A model generated the notes under the pieces. The model ran no database searches and had not been told where the DNA came from. It worked only from the letters and a program-made list of their open reading frames with translations. A stretch of DNA of 64,000 bases. Origin: an uncultured Planctomycetota bacterium (GTDB lineage Bacteria > Planctomycetota > Planctomycetia > Pirellulales > Lacipirellulaceae). The DNA lies in NCBI GenBank assembly GCA_963719315.1, contig CAVRBU010000001.1, forward strand, positions 64,001 through 128,000, given 5' to 3'. This document shows positions 1 through 10,262 of this stretch, piece by piece; positions within the stretch are counted from its first letter, which is position 1, and every line of letters starts with the position of its first letter. The translations under genes were made by a program, and so were the position numbers.

Positions 1-162
1 TCAAACGATCGACACGAGAGTTCGAATGCGGCCGACCGGGATCAGGAGCGTCACAAGGCCGATCGGAATCAATCGACTGACGAAAGAACTGAAGCGCAAC
101 GAAATGATCCGATATCGCGGAAGTCGGAGGAGCAGACTTCCGACAAAAACCATCAAAAGTGA
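1..162 (+). CDS. 3' end of a possible CDS (hydrophilic low-complexity C-terminus), truncated by window edge
   Basis: Frame 1 is open from base 1 to TGA at 160-162 (SNDRHESSNAADRDQERHK...HQK*). No family recognised. Confidence 0.3.
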   Translation, partial: SNDRHESSNAADRDQERHKADRNQSTDERTEAQRNDPISRKSEEQTSDKNHQK

Positions 163-848
163 TGGCATCCTCCTGGGACGTGCGAGGCTGGATCATTCAC
201 GATTTCCAATAACCTCGTCGGCCAGTGCCTCTCAATCGACGCCTGGCCGACGATTCCTTCAATGGGCGTTCATCGCGAGGATTTGTCAATCTGAAAGTCC
301 AAGGATTGACCGGCGGTTGAGCCAGGAATAGCTCAGGAAGTGAACCACTTCATCAGGCAAAAGATACACGGGGCGGCGGCATCGGCTGCAGAGTGTTGCG
401 GCCTCTGCGGAGATAACTCTCACTTGCCGGATTGCAGATCTTGGCGGGAACACCGCCCCGTGTATGGGCCTTCCTTAGAATTTCATGATTCCGCAACAGC
501 ACGCGGATAGCCATCTGAAACCAATGGTTCGTTCCTGCGAAGAGTGAGCAAATTGAGTGCCGATTCGCGCCATACGTGTTCGCCTGTGTCAGTGAGCCAC
601 GTTTGCAGCTTTCTTGTAGCGGCAATACCTTCGACGATGCACGTGGATGCGTCACCTTGTACGCCAAGCGATCAACTTCTGCTAGCAAATCCTGATGCGG
701 TCCGAAGTTACCCCCCGATTGTCGAGCTACGGCGGATGATTTCAATCGCGTCAGATTGACCAACAGGCGGTCAGCTAAATGTCCTGCTACGTCGGTCGCA
801 AGTTCCGGATAGGCCATGATTTAACGCTCATTGCACGCGGCATCTTGG

Positions 849-863
849 CGGTACGCGGTTTGC
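849..863 (+). promoter_or_regulatory. candidate sigma54 (-24/-12) promoter for the response regulator at 952
   Basis: CGGTACGCGGTTTGC = GG-N10-GC with TTGC, ~90 bp upstream of the ATG. Confidence 0.5.
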
Positions 864-951
864 GGCCCTCAAATCGGGCCTGCGCAGTCGTGAGGCGCAC
901 AAATTCAATCACGAAGGAAGCTTCAAACGGATCAAGAAACGGAACAAAGCC

Positions 952-1626
952 ATGTTTTCAGATTCCATCGTTCTAATCTCAGGGGCTAGTCTCAGCGATC
1001 GTGAAACCATACTGAAGGCACTCAGCGACCGATGCCATGTCATAGCTTCTCAGACGACCGAAGACGCCTTGGCGCACTTGGCAGATTCGGTCGATCTGGT
1101 TATCAGCGAGATCAAATCTCATCAATTCGATGGCCTCGAGTTCATGCGCCGCTGGAAGAGTCGGCAGCCGGAGACGCCATTTTTGATGGTCGTCGACCAA
1201 GTCGATACCGCGCTCGCCGTGGAAGCCATGAAGAATGGGGCCGCCGACTGCATCGTAAAGCCGATCGACTCGGATGAACTCCGCATGTCGGTGCAGCAGG
1301 TCTTCAATTCGACCCATCCGAATTCTAGGCCAGATTCTGCTTGGGATTCCCCAGGTGGGCCGCATCGCAAGCCGAGTATTGAAATCCCGCCGGATACGTC
1401 GCTCGAAGATCTAGAACGGGCGGCCGTTGAACAGGCTTTGATTCAGCATCAGGGCAATCGAACCCACGCAGCCCGCACGCTGGGAATATCCGTTCGCACA
1501 TTGCAGCGCAAGCTGAAGGCCTGGGGCCTGCCGATGATGTCTTATGCGAGCCCGGCCATGAATCATGGCTTCTTGTTATCGTCGCATGTGGAATCGGCCC
1601 ATGCGATCGGATCTCACGCTCACTGA
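952..1626 (+). CDS. response regulator: receiver domain + C-terminal Fis-type HTH, no sigma54 AAA+ domain
   Basis: REC motifs (DLVISE..., DGLEF, AVEAMKNGAADCIVKP) and Fis HTH (SLEDLERAAVEQAL..HQGNRTHAARTLGISVRTLQRKL). The linker is too short for an AAA+ domain. Confidence 0.85.
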   Translation: MFSDSIVLISGASLSDRETILKALSDRCHVIASQTTEDALAHLADSVDLVISEIKSHQFDGLEFMRRWKSRQPETPFLMVVDQVDTALAVEAMKNGAADCIVKPIDSDELRMSVQQVFNSTHPNSRPDSAWDSPGGPHRKPSIEIPPDTSLEDLERAAVEQALIQHQGNRTHAARTLGISVRTLQRKLKAWGLPMMSYASPAMNHGFLLSSHVESAHAIGSHAH

Positions 1627-1646
1627 TCGGCATGACTTGAGTTTGG

Positions 1647-1715
1647 GATTAGCCGCAGGGCGCTAGCCCACGGTTAGAGCGGCAACAACCGTGGGCTAGC
1701 GCCCTGCGGCTAATC
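1647..1715. repeat. REP-like inverted repeat, perfect 29-bp arms
   Basis: gattagccgcagggcgctagcccacggtt ... aaccgtgggctagcgccctgcggctaatc, between convergent genes. Confidence 0.9.
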
Positions 1716-1862
1716 TGTCAATCTGCCCATTTCCCAATCTTTGACATTGACAAAGCACCAAGCCAGAGCACGAAAAAGCTCGGCGGAGTTGAATCCTCCG
1801 CCGAGCCTTATCCAGTGATCGATTTGATGCACATCCCCGGAGGGACGTGCGCCGACCGTTGC

Positions 1863-2033
1863 TTAAGCAACCGGCGGACGCAACCGCGGAACGATCAGGC
1901 TGATGAGGAACAGCACCAGGAACACGAAAAACAATATCTGTGCGATAGAGCTTGCCGTGCCGGCGATGCCTCCGAACCCCAGTACCCCGGCGATCAATGC
2001 GATCACCAAGAATGTTATTGCCCAACTCAACAT
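1863..2033 (-). CDS. DUF1328 (UPF0391/YtjA-like) small membrane protein, 56 aa (missing from ORF track)
   Basis: Manual translation [56 protein letters not shown], with purine-rich RBS (AAGGGAAGGGG) upstream. Confidence 0.9.
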   Translation of the reverse strand: MLSWAITFLVIALIAGVLGFGGIAGTASSIAQILFFVFLVLFLISLIVPRLRPPVA

Positions 2034-2124
2034 GATTCACCCCTTCCCTTAATTGTGAGGTTGGTTGAAATGTCGCGGCAAAGCCGCGCCGGAAAACTTC
2101 AAGCATGACACAGGAAGAATTGTC

Positions 2125-2139
2125 GCAATGCGCGTGCCA
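2125..2139 (-). promoter_or_regulatory. sigma54 promoter for the DUF1328 gene
   Basis: Minus strand TGGCACGCGCATTGC matches the TGGCACG-N4-TTGC consensus exactly. Confidence 0.75.
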
Positions 2140-2300
2140 AAAGATGCTAGACGCGGAAAAACGCCGTAGCATACCCTATTTCCGAGTGTCCTCAAGTGAA
2201 TGCCCTACGTACGCCAAAGTAAATACTCAATGAAGTGGCCACTCGCGAATCTTGCTGATCGCGAAAAGACCGCACCGGACATGCGCGACTTTGCCCCGCA

Positions 2301-2315
2301 CGGTATGGCGATTGC
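2301..2315 (+). promoter_or_regulatory. candidate sigma54 promoter for the gene at 2383
   Basis: CGGTATGGCGATTGC = GG-N10-GC, divergent from the 2125-2139 site. Confidence 0.5.
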
Positions 2316-2382
2316 ACAGCTATAACCCAAAACCAGCCGCTGATTGAACTCGGGCGGCACTCACTTCATAGGGGATTGAACC

Positions 2383-2634
2383 ATGCGCGCGTTACTCGTT
2401 TTGTTGGCGATCGTGCTACTCCTTTCGCTTATCGGCTGGATCACGTTCAGCAAATCCCCCGACAAGTCGAGCATCAATATCGAAACGAATCAGATTCGCA
2501 CCGACACGGACCGCGCACTGCAATCGAGCGCGGAGCTACTGCACAAAGCCGGCGATAAGATCGAGAAAGAAGCAGCTCCCCAGAATCAACAGGCGCCTCC
2601 CGTGCAGCACGAGACGACGCCTGTAAGACAGTAA
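2383..2634 (+). CDS. small exported/membrane-anchored protein (83 aa)
   Basis: N-terminal hydrophobic helix MRALLVLLAIVLLLSLIGWITF, RBS AGGGG. Confidence 0.7.
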   Translation: MRALLVLLAIVLLLSLIGWITFSKSPDKSSINIETNQIRTDTDRALQSSAELLHKAGDKIEKEAAPQNQQAPPVQHETTPVRQ

Positions 2635-2757
2635 ATGTTCTGTACTCTCGGCGGCGTGATCACTCGGCCGAAATCGATTTGAACTTGCTAAGTTGATTGT
2701 TTCAAAAACGCAACACAATGGGTCTGCATTGTTCAAGCGCCTCGCCGACGGTGCGTT

Positions 2758-4791
2758 TCAACGTCCCTCAGTCTCTCCCATCACGGCCAGCAGCGGCGTA
2801 TTGACGGCGTGGACACGCGTCGCATCCAAGATGCCGCGACATAGCGTGGCCATAGCATGGAACCGGCCGACATCAAGGACTTGAGATGCGGGTGGCAAGG
2901 TCGCCGTCGGATCCAATGCAAACTTGCCGTCGGCATCGACTCGCACGGCGACCAGACCATCGTCGTACCGCGCACCGTCGCCATTTGAAAACTGTTCATA
3001 GCAATAGAGCTGGCCGCTGATGCGACCTGTCAGAGACAGGCCGCTCGCTGTTCGTTCCAGAATAAACCCATCGTGCGGCGCACCGGCCTCGAACGCCCGC
3101 CGGCTGCCGTAGAAATTCGGCTTTTTCAAATACGGGCCGTCGTATTCCGGGCAGAACGTATCGCAGTTGCCACAGTGGTTGCAGTAATCGGCGAAGTTGG
3201 CGATCTGGTCAGCCTTTTCTAGCGCAAACTCGTGCTCCTCGCCTATGGGCACGATGCTGCCATCTGGCCGCACTTCCAAGTTGCGGTAAGTGAGCCGTAT
3301 CTCACCCGTGTGGTACGAAAAGTTGGCGTCGTTCGGACACACCGGGATGCACTTGTCGCACGTGATGCAATCGAACGTGACCAGATGTGAATCGATCTTC
3401 TTGGGCACGGCCCGATTCTGCGCGGCTCGGTATCGCGGATCGGCCTGCGTTTCGGCGACAACGATCGGCGTATTCAAGTAGCCGGCCTGCACTGGGTCGC
3501 CCTTCGCCGCTGCCCGCTGTCCGCGATAGTCGAGAACGAAATCGTCGATCGTTCGCGCGCCGACCTTCCGCATCTCTTTCTGCAAGTCGTGCAGGTACGG
3601 AGGCAACCGACCGTAGCCGCCCGTTTTGAGCAGGTCGGTGCACGTCGTGATGGGCACGATGCCGCATGCCACGAGGTTGGCGAAATTCTTGCGATCGACG
3701 CCGGCCGAGAACGAAATCGGAAATACTGCCCCCATCGCTTTGCGGAACTCCGCTACCAACGTGAGCGTGATCACGTGCAGCGGCGCCCCCGATAGGTACA
3801 TGATCTTTTCGCTCGGCTGGAAAAAGTCGCGATGGTTCTCTACTTCGAGCGTATTCGAAAACTTGGCCCCGAATTGCAGCCCGCGAGACGCCGCCAATTT
3901 CGTTAGCCGCTCGCAAATCGCCAGCGACTCGTCGAACTGCAGCCCGGACGTATACGCCTTCTCGTTGACGCGCAAATCGGTGTAACCCATCAAATCGTAA
4001 AGCAAATGCTCCAGCCGATCTTTTCCCAGCATCGGCGGGTTCATCTTCACGATCACGTGGACATCCAGCTCGGTGAGCAGGAACTCGCAAATCCGCTCGA
4101 TCTCCTCGGCCGGGCAACCGTGAAACGTCGAGAGCGTAATGCTGCGGCTCAGCGCGGTCGGAAAATCGAGCTCGCGCAGCGGACCGAGCCAGCGGGGAAT
4201 CTGGTCCCGCAACCGGTCCACGCTTTCGCGGGCATCGATCATGCCGCGAATGAAATTCACGACCTTGGGCGTTTGGATGCCGGCCAGATCGTAACCGATC
4301 GACATATCATAAATCGGCTCGCCACTCGTACCGGCCAGCGACACGTCGCCAAACGGATGGCCAAAAACCTCCGGAGCATGCCGCAACGTGTGAATCAGCA
4401 TCGCGCCTTGCACGTACTGATCGAGCGAATCGGCGACACGCAGCTCTTGTGACCACTCGACGTTGTAGCCCACATTCGTCGCATCAATGCAGGGCCGCGA
4501 AATCTTCAACTCATCGTTGACCTGTACGGTCTTAAGTTCCATGATCCGCCCGCCGGCGAGCCATGAAAGCACGAGATTCTGCGCCATCTGCGATTGCGGC
4601 CCCGAGGCGGGCCCCACCGCGTTGCCGGCCACCCGATCGTGAAACCGCACCGACAAATCGGGCGAGTCCGACTCGGTCGATGGCAAGAACCACTTCCGCG
4701 CCGGCAGATCAAAGATACTCTGCTGATTGCGAAACTCCAGCCGCATCCGCTGGATCATGTCGACAAACGGCGTGCAGAAAAGATCGACCAT
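2758..4791 (-). CDS. ygfK: YgfK-like oxidoreductase (flavin TIM-barrel + 2x[4Fe-4S]), short form without FAD/NAD(P)H module
   Basis: GPASGPQSQMAQN..LSWLAGGRIMELKTVQ, RPCID, YNVEWSQEL, TLSTFHGCP, MYLSG, CITCDKCIPVCPN, CNHCGNCDTFCP. Start taken at MVDLF. Confidence 0.85.
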   Translation of the reverse strand: MVDLFCTPFVDMIQRMRLEFRNQQSIFDLPARKWFLPSTESDSPDLSVRFHDRVAGNAVGPASGPQSQMAQNLVLSWLAGGRIMELKTVQVNDELKISRPCIDATNVGYNVEWSQELRVADSLDQYVQGAMLIHTLRHAPEVFGHPFGDVSLAGTSGEPIYDMSIGYDLAGIQTPKVVNFIRGMIDARESVDRLRDQIPRWLGPLRELDFPTALSRSITLSTFHGCPAEEIERICEFLLTELDVHVIVKMNPPMLGKDRLEHLLYDLMGYTDLRVNEKAYTSGLQFDESLAICERLTKLAASRGLQFGAKFSNTLEVENHRDFFQPSEKIMYLSGAPLHVITLTLVAEFRKAMGAVFPISFSAGVDRKNFANLVACGIVPITTCTDLLKTGGYGRLPPYLHDLQKEMRKVGARTIDDFVLDYRGQRAAAKGDPVQAGYLNTPIVVAETQADPRYRAAQNRAVPKKIDSHLVTFDCITCDKCIPVCPNDANFSYHTGEIRLTYRNLEVRPDGSIVPIGEEHEFALEKADQIANFADYCNHCGNCDTFCPEYDGPYLKKPNFYGSRRAFEAGAPHDGFILERTASGLSLTGRISGQLYCYEQFSNGDGARYDDGLVAVRVDADGKFALDPTATLPPASQVLDVGRFHAMATLCRGILDATRVHAVNTPLLAVMGETEGR

Positions 4792-4840
4792 GAAATACGT
4801 CTCAATTCCTGTTTTCACCAAGGCAGCACGACGAGAAAAT

Positions 4841-4920
4841 ACCAATGACCAATCCACAATAACCAATCGGTGAAAGCAACAATCAACCTTTGGCCATAGG
4901 TGCTTGGTCATTGGTCATTG
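4841..4920. repeat. inverted pair of degenerate heptamer arrays (CAATGAC / TTGGTCA)
   Basis: accaatgaccaat...aaccaat versus ttggtcattggtcattg. Confidence 0.7.
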
Positions 4921-5040
4921 TTCATCGTGCTCGTTGCCACGCCGTGGTTGATAATATTCATGATTATAACTTGGCCGCCAAGCTCTGGCTTGACGATGCC
5001 CAGCGGGATACATTCGGATATTCTGAAAGGTGAGTGCGAT

Positions 5041-6301
5041 ATGGCCGGCTGCGTGACAGAATTAACTTGTACCCACTGCGGCGCCTCGTACCCAGGCGTC
5101 AATCTCGCCACGGCCGAAGCCACCTGGATGGTCTGTCCCCATTGCGGCCCAGCCGTTGGCATTCTCGACATCGGCTACGATCTCGACCGCGTTCGTGCCG
5201 CCTGGGAGGCCAGGCCACTCGCCGACCGGCCGCTCGATCATTGGCGTTACGCCGAGCTGCTGCCGCTCGACGCCACGGCTATTCGCCACGATTGGCCCGT
5301 CGGTTGGACCCCAGTTCTCGACGCCTCCCGCCTGGCCCGTGAACTCGGCGTCCGTCAGATGTCTGCTCAAGGACGAGGGCCGCAATCCAACGGCCTCGTT
5401 CAAAGATCGGGCCAGCTCCGTCGGCGTGGCTCATGCCTTGCAGGTCGGCGCACAGTCGATCGCCTGCGCCTCGACCGGCAACGCGGCGAGCAGCCTCGCC
5501 GGCCACGCCGCGCTGGCCGGTATCCCCGCGTACATTTTCGTACCCGGTACCGCGCCGGAGCCCAAGGTTGCTCAATTGCAAGTCTTCGGCGCGACCGTAT
5601 TCGCCGTGAAGGCGTCGTATGATGCAGCTTACGACTTGTGCTCGCGGGCCTGCCACGAATTCGGCTGGTACAACCGCAATTGCGCAATCAATCCCGTTCT
5701 CGTGGAAGGCAAGAAAACGGCCGGCCTGGAAGTCGCCGAACAGTCGGCTGCCCTCGGCGGCGTCCCCGATTGGCTTGCCGTAAGCGTGGGTGATGGCTGC
5801 ACGATCGCCGGCATCTGGAAAGGCCTCCATCAAATGCACGAATTGGGAGTGATCGACCGACTCCCGCGTCTGCTGGCCGTTCAAGCTGCGCACGTTAATC
5901 CGATCGAGTATGCGCTCAAGCACGACGAGTTGCCGAAGGAAGGCGACGGGAAAACGATCGCCGATAGTATCGACGTCCACGTGCCGCGAAACTGGCGTAA
6001 GGCAGTACGCGCGATCCGCGAGGCCCACGGCATCGTCGTCACCGCCAGCGACGACGCCATCTTGGATGCGATGCGCCTGGCAGGTCGGCACGGCATATTC
6101 GCCGAGCCCGCCGCTGCTGCCGCCCTGGCCGGCGTCGTATCGGCAATCGAATCGAAAACGATAACTCCCAACGAACGCGTGTTGGTGATGATCACCGGCA
6201 GCGGCCTGAAAGACACGAAAAACGCCATCCGCGCCGGCGGCCGGCCGATCGAAATCGAACCCTCCGTGGCGGCCGTAGCTGCCCAGTTGCAAGAAAAGTA
6301 A
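5041..6301 (+). CDS. threonine synthase-like PLP enzyme (fold type II) with N-terminal Zn ribbon; frameshift near 5360
   Basis: CTHC...CPHC, WRYAELLP, GWTP in frame A. LKDEGRNPTASFKDR, ASTGNAA, VEGKKT, AEPAAAA, ITGSGLK in frame B. Confidence 0.85.
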
Positions 6302-6331
6302 ATCCCGCTTGCCGTGCGGAACGACGGCATT

Positions 6332-6496
6332 GTAGGGCGTGTCTTGGCGGTGTCCTAATTCGGCACCGTTCGGACCGGAACTATGTAGCACGGACTTCAG
6401 TCCGTACGAGAATCACGGACTGAAGTCCGTGCTACAAGGTTGTTGTGCCGCAAATTAGGACACCGCCTTTGTCTCGGCGGCCTCGACACACCCTAC
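6332..6496. repeat. three nested REP-like inverted-repeat elements
   Basis: Inner arms 6384-6405/6415-6436 (perfect 22 bp), middle arms 6346-6366/6445-6467, outer arms 6332-6343/6471-6496 (same family as 26924-26995). Confidence 0.85.
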
Positions 6497-6556
6497 GGTT
6501 CTCTTTAAGCTTTTGGGTTTGCGAATACCATTTCCTGTTGGGAAAGAGTGAGCACG

Positions 6557-7588
6557 ATGGCAAACTTGAAAGGCAAAGACTACATCGAAACGCAGGACCT
6601 CAGCGATGCCGAGCTTGGCCTGCTTTTGGATACGGCGACCGAACTCAAGCAGAAGTATCATCGCGGCGAGCCCACGCTGCTCCTGCCGCATCAAACTGCG
6701 TTCCTATTGTTCTTCGACAAATCAACGCGCACCCGCAACGCCTTCGAAGCCGGCATGACGCAGCTCGGCGGTCACGCCCATTTTCTCGATTCCGACGCCA
6801 CCCAAATCAGTCACGGCGAAACGCCCGCAGACACCGGCAAGATTCTGGCCGCGATGGGCCACGGAATCTGCGTCCGGCACGATCTCGTGTTGAACGAGGG
6901 GAACACGTACATGCGCAAGATGGCCGCCGCCGCCAACGTGCCGATCATCAACATGCAATGCGATGTGGACCACCCCACGCAAACGCTGGCCGACATCATG
7001 ACCATCCGCGAGAAGTTCGGCACGAACTTGAAAGGCCTCAAGATCGCCGTGAGCTGGGCCTTTGCCCCATCCTACGCCAAGCCGCTGAGCGTGCCGCAGG
7101 GTCTCATCACTCTGATGACCCGCTTCGGCATGCACGTTTCGCTCGCCCACCCGCCGGGCTATAAGCTGATCGATCGCACCGTCGAGTCCGCAAAAACGAA
7201 CGCCTCGAAGAGCGGCGGCAGATTTGAAATCGTCGAAGACATGGACACCGCCTTTAAAGACGCCGACATCGTCTATCCCAAGAGTTGGGGCGTGTACGAT
7301 TTGATGCTCGCCCGGCAGCAGGCGAAAACCAAGGAGGAAGTCGCCGAAAACCAACAGGCGTGCCTCGCGATCAACGCCAAATATAAGAACTGGATCTGCG
7401 ACGAGAACCGGATGAAGCTCGCGAAGAAGTCGGCCGTCTACATGCACTGCCTGCCCGCCGACCGCGGCTCGGAAGTGACCGACGCCGTCATCGACGGCCC
7501 GCAATCGATCGTCTTCCCAGAAGCCGAAAACCGCCTCCACACGGCCAAGGCAATCATGGCCTGCACGATGCGCGAACGACCGTTCTAA
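6557..7588 (+). CDS. ygeW: YgeW-type carbamoyltransferase (OTCase/ATCase superfamily)
   Basis: FDKSTRTR, HGET, HPTQ, YgeW-type WAFAPSYAKPLSVPQG, YPKSWG, MHCLPA. Confidence 0.85.
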   Translation: MANLKGKDYIETQDLSDAELGLLLDTATELKQKYHRGEPTLLLPHQTAFLLFFDKSTRTRNAFEAGMTQLGGHAHFLDSDATQISHGETPADTGKILAAMGHGICVRHDLVLNEGNTYMRKMAAAANVPIINMQCDVDHPTQTLADIMTIREKFGTNLKGLKIAVSWAFAPSYAKPLSVPQGLITLMTRFGMHVSLAHPPGYKLIDRTVESAKTNASKSGGRFEIVEDMDTAFKDADIVYPKSWGVYDLMLARQQAKTKEEVAENQQACLAINAKYKNWICDENRMKLAKKSAVYMHCLPADRGSEVTDAVIDGPQSIVFPEAENRLHTAKAIMACTMRERPF

Positions 7589-7597
7589 TGCAAACAT

Positions 7598-7752
7598 AAC
7601 CACGGAGGCTCGGAGGACACAGAGAATCCAATTTGGTCATTGCAATTCTGTAGCTTGACATCGAACATTGTTCGAATTGGCCAATTTCGAATGACAAATT
7701 GCCAATGACCAATTATTTCTTGCTGCTCCGTGCCCTCCGTGCCTCCGTGGTT
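7598..7752. repeat. nonamer inverted-tandem element (CACGGAGG(C)) enclosing a heptamer inverted-tandem element (TTGGTCA/CAATGAC)
   Basis: aaccacggaggctcggaggacacagag ... ctccgtgccctccgtgcctccgtggtt, with an internal ttggtcattg ... caatgaccaa pair. Confidence 0.8.
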
Positions 7753-7759
7753 TATTACT

Positions 7760-8740
7760 ATGTCCGAAGTCCGTAACAAACTCGTCGTCGCCCTCGGCGG
7801 AAACGCCATCAGCGCGCCCGGCCGCGAGGGCACGATCGACGAGCAGTTCGCGCAAGTGAGCGAAACGGCGGAGGTGCTGTGCGACGCCATTGAGCGCGGC
7901 TACCAACTCATTGTCACGCATGGCAACGGACCACAGGTGGGCAACGTCCTGCGGCGCGTCGAATTGGCTCGTAGCGAGCTGTACCCCATACCGCTCGAAG
8001 TGTGCGTCGCCGACACGCAAGCCGGCATGGGCTACATGATTGCCCAGTGCATGTCGAACGCAATGAATGCGCGAAATCTTACTTGCGATGTCACGGCCAT
8101 CGTTACCACGGTCCTAGTCGATGCCGACGATCCGGCGTTCCAAAAAGCGGATAAAGCCATCGGCCCTGGTTTGACGCCCGCCCAAGCCGAGTCGCACCGC
8201 ACAAAGGACGGCTGGCAGGTGCGCGACGAAGGCGGCGGCCGCTTCCGGCGGGTCGTCCCGTCGCCGTTGCCGCGGAAAATCATCGAGACGCCGGCAATCG
8301 AGCGCCTCGTCAACGCCGGGCAGATCGTGGTCTGTTGCGGCGGCGGTGGAATTCCGGTCGCCGTCGACTCCCTCGGCCGAGTCCGCGGCGTGGCCGCCGT
8401 AATCGACAAGGATCGCACCACCGGGCTCCTGGCTCGTCACCTCGAAGCGCCCACGCTCGTGATCCTCACTGCCGTTGAATTCGCCTATATCAATTTCGGC
8501 AAAGCGGACGAACGCAGGCTGGAAAAGCTTTCAGCCGATGAAGCACAAGCACACTTGAACGCCGGCGAATTCGGCGCCGGTTCAATGCGCCCCAAGATCG
8601 AAACGGCGATCGACTTTGTCCGTCATTCTCCCCACGCCGACGCCACGGCCATCATCGCCCACGTCAACCACTTCGCCGCCGCCCTCGATGGCAAAAGCGG
8701 CACGCGTATTGTACGCGGAAAGCAACCACGGAGGCACTGA
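7760..8740 (+). CDS. arcC: carbamate kinase (ArcC/YqeA)
   Basis: VVALGGNAI, THGNGPQVG, RRVVPSP, GGGGIPV, AVIDKD, GSMRPK. Confidence 0.95.
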   Translation: MSEVRNKLVVALGGNAISAPGREGTIDEQFAQVSETAEVLCDAIERGYQLIVTHGNGPQVGNVLRRVELARSELYPIPLEVCVADTQAGMGYMIAQCMSNAMNARNLTCDVTAIVTTVLVDADDPAFQKADKAIGPGLTPAQAESHRTKDGWQVRDEGGGRFRRVVPSPLPRKIIETPAIERLVNAGQIVVCCGGGGIPVAVDSLGRVRGVAAVIDKDRTTGLLARHLEAPTLVILTAVEFAYINFGKADERRLEKLSADEAQAHLNAGEFGAGSMRPKIETAIDFVRHSPHADATAIIAHVNHFAAALDGKSGTRIVRGKQPRRH

Positions 8741-8842
8741 GTTCACCGAGGAGAAAGAATGAATTGCAAATTGCAAAATGAGAATTGAATAATGCAAATT
8801 GCAGAGTCAGCAATTTGCATTTTGCATTTTATCAATTTCCGT
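8724..8842. repeat. nonamer arm plus inverted TGCAAAT/ATTTGCA heptamer arrays between convergent genes
   Basis: aaccacggaggcactgag..., ttgcaaattgcaaaatg...tgcaaattgc / gcaatttgcattttgcatttt. Confidence 0.75.
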
Positions 8843-8846
8843 GCAT

Positions 8847-10164
8847 TCAAAGCGCCGCCATCCGCCCCCACAATCCCCGCGCCACCTCTACCGACCGTGC
8901 CCGAATCGCCGCCTCATCACACGTGACGACGTGTCCCTTCCGCAGCAGCCACCAACCGGCGACCATCACGTCCCGTACATATTCGGGCCCCATCGCGAAG
9001 AGAAAATGGCCAGCGAGATTGTCGGAGGTGAGCGGCGTCGCCGGGCGATAGTTCGTGAGCACCAGATCAGCCGCCGCGCCCGTTTCTAGAACTCCCAGTT
9101 TTACTCCCAAACATCGTGAAGCGAACTCGCGCCGACTCGCCGAGCATTTTCAACGACACACCAAACGACAGCAACAGCCCCGCGTCGTGGCTTTTGAACT
9201 CGGCCACGCGGGCCTCGCGCCACATATCGGCCCCAATGCCGTCGGTGCCAAGCTGCGGCGGTTTCGCGAGCTTCGCGACAGGTGTGTATCCCACGCCGTT
9301 GTTCATGTTCGACGATGGATTATGGGCCAGCGAAACAAATTCTCGACGATTGCCCAAATCGCTGAAATCGTCGTCCGACAAATGCGTCCCGTGGGCCAGA
9401 ATTGTTCCGGCTACGTCGAGAAGCCCGAATCGGTTGAAGCGTTCGATGAGCCCGCTGCCAAACTTCTCTCGCGTTATTCTCTCATCGACCGGGTCTTCCG
9501 CCACGTGAATGTGAACACCTATGCCAAGTCGCTTTGCCAGTTCGACGCAGCCGGCCAATGAATCGTCGCTCATCGTGAAGCTGGCGTGCGCACCGACCAT
9601 CGCGGCGAACATCCGGCCGCCTCGTTCCTGGCATGCACGAATATACCGCTCATTCTCTGCCAGGCCCTCGCGCCCTTCCGTCGGTCGATTGCGATCCGTG
9701 ACCTCGTAACACAGCACGCCCCGGCAACCGAAGGCGGCGATGCCATTTTCCAGCGCCGTGAGGCTGCCCTCGATCGAACTCGGCGAAGCATGATGATCGA
9801 TCAGCGTCGTCGTGCCGCAGCGCAGCGCGGCCAAGGCGCCAATTTGGCCGCTGACTTCGACGCTCAACAAATCGTGCGCCCGATCCAGCCGCCACCAGAT
9901 GAGTTGCAGGATCTCATGAAAGTTTCGCGGCTGCCGCGGCGGAGCCGGCATCCCGGCCGCGAGCGCGGAATAGAGATGCGTGTGCCCGTTCACGAGACCG
10001 GGCATGAGGACAGCGCCGCCGCAATCAACGATTTCATCACCGGCCGCCGGAGCAACATCGCCTCCGACAGCTACGATCACCCCATCCGCCGTACGCAGGT
10101 TGCCGCTTTCAACCCGCGGGGGATCGAGCTGAACGAGCAGCGCATCGCGAAAGAATGTGGTCAT
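8847..10164 (-). CDS. ssnA: SsnA-like amidohydrolase; frameshift near 9126
   Basis: NGHTHLYSALA, WWRLDRA, TTLIDHHASP, LCYEVTDR, GAHASFT, HIHVAE, HNPSSNMNNGVG, LGTDG. C-terminus (GAAADLV...NLAGH) is in the second frame. Confidence 0.9.
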
Positions 10165-10175
10165 ACGGAAGGATT

Positions 10176-10243
10176 AACCACGGAGGCACGGAGAACACGG
10201 GGAGGAATCTAATTATCGTCTCCGTGTTCTCCGTGCCTCCGTG
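10176..10243. repeat. nonamer inverted-tandem element (CACGGAG family)
   Basis: aaccacggaggcacggagaacacgg ... tctccgtgttctccgtgcctccgtg. Confidence 0.85.
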
Positions 10244-10262
10244 ATAAAAAACGTTTGTCGAA

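Noticed and set aside
163..848. short overlapping ORFs (26-331, 353-817, 544-759)
   Set aside because: No motifs and no convincing RBS; more likely a regulatory region upstream of the response regulator
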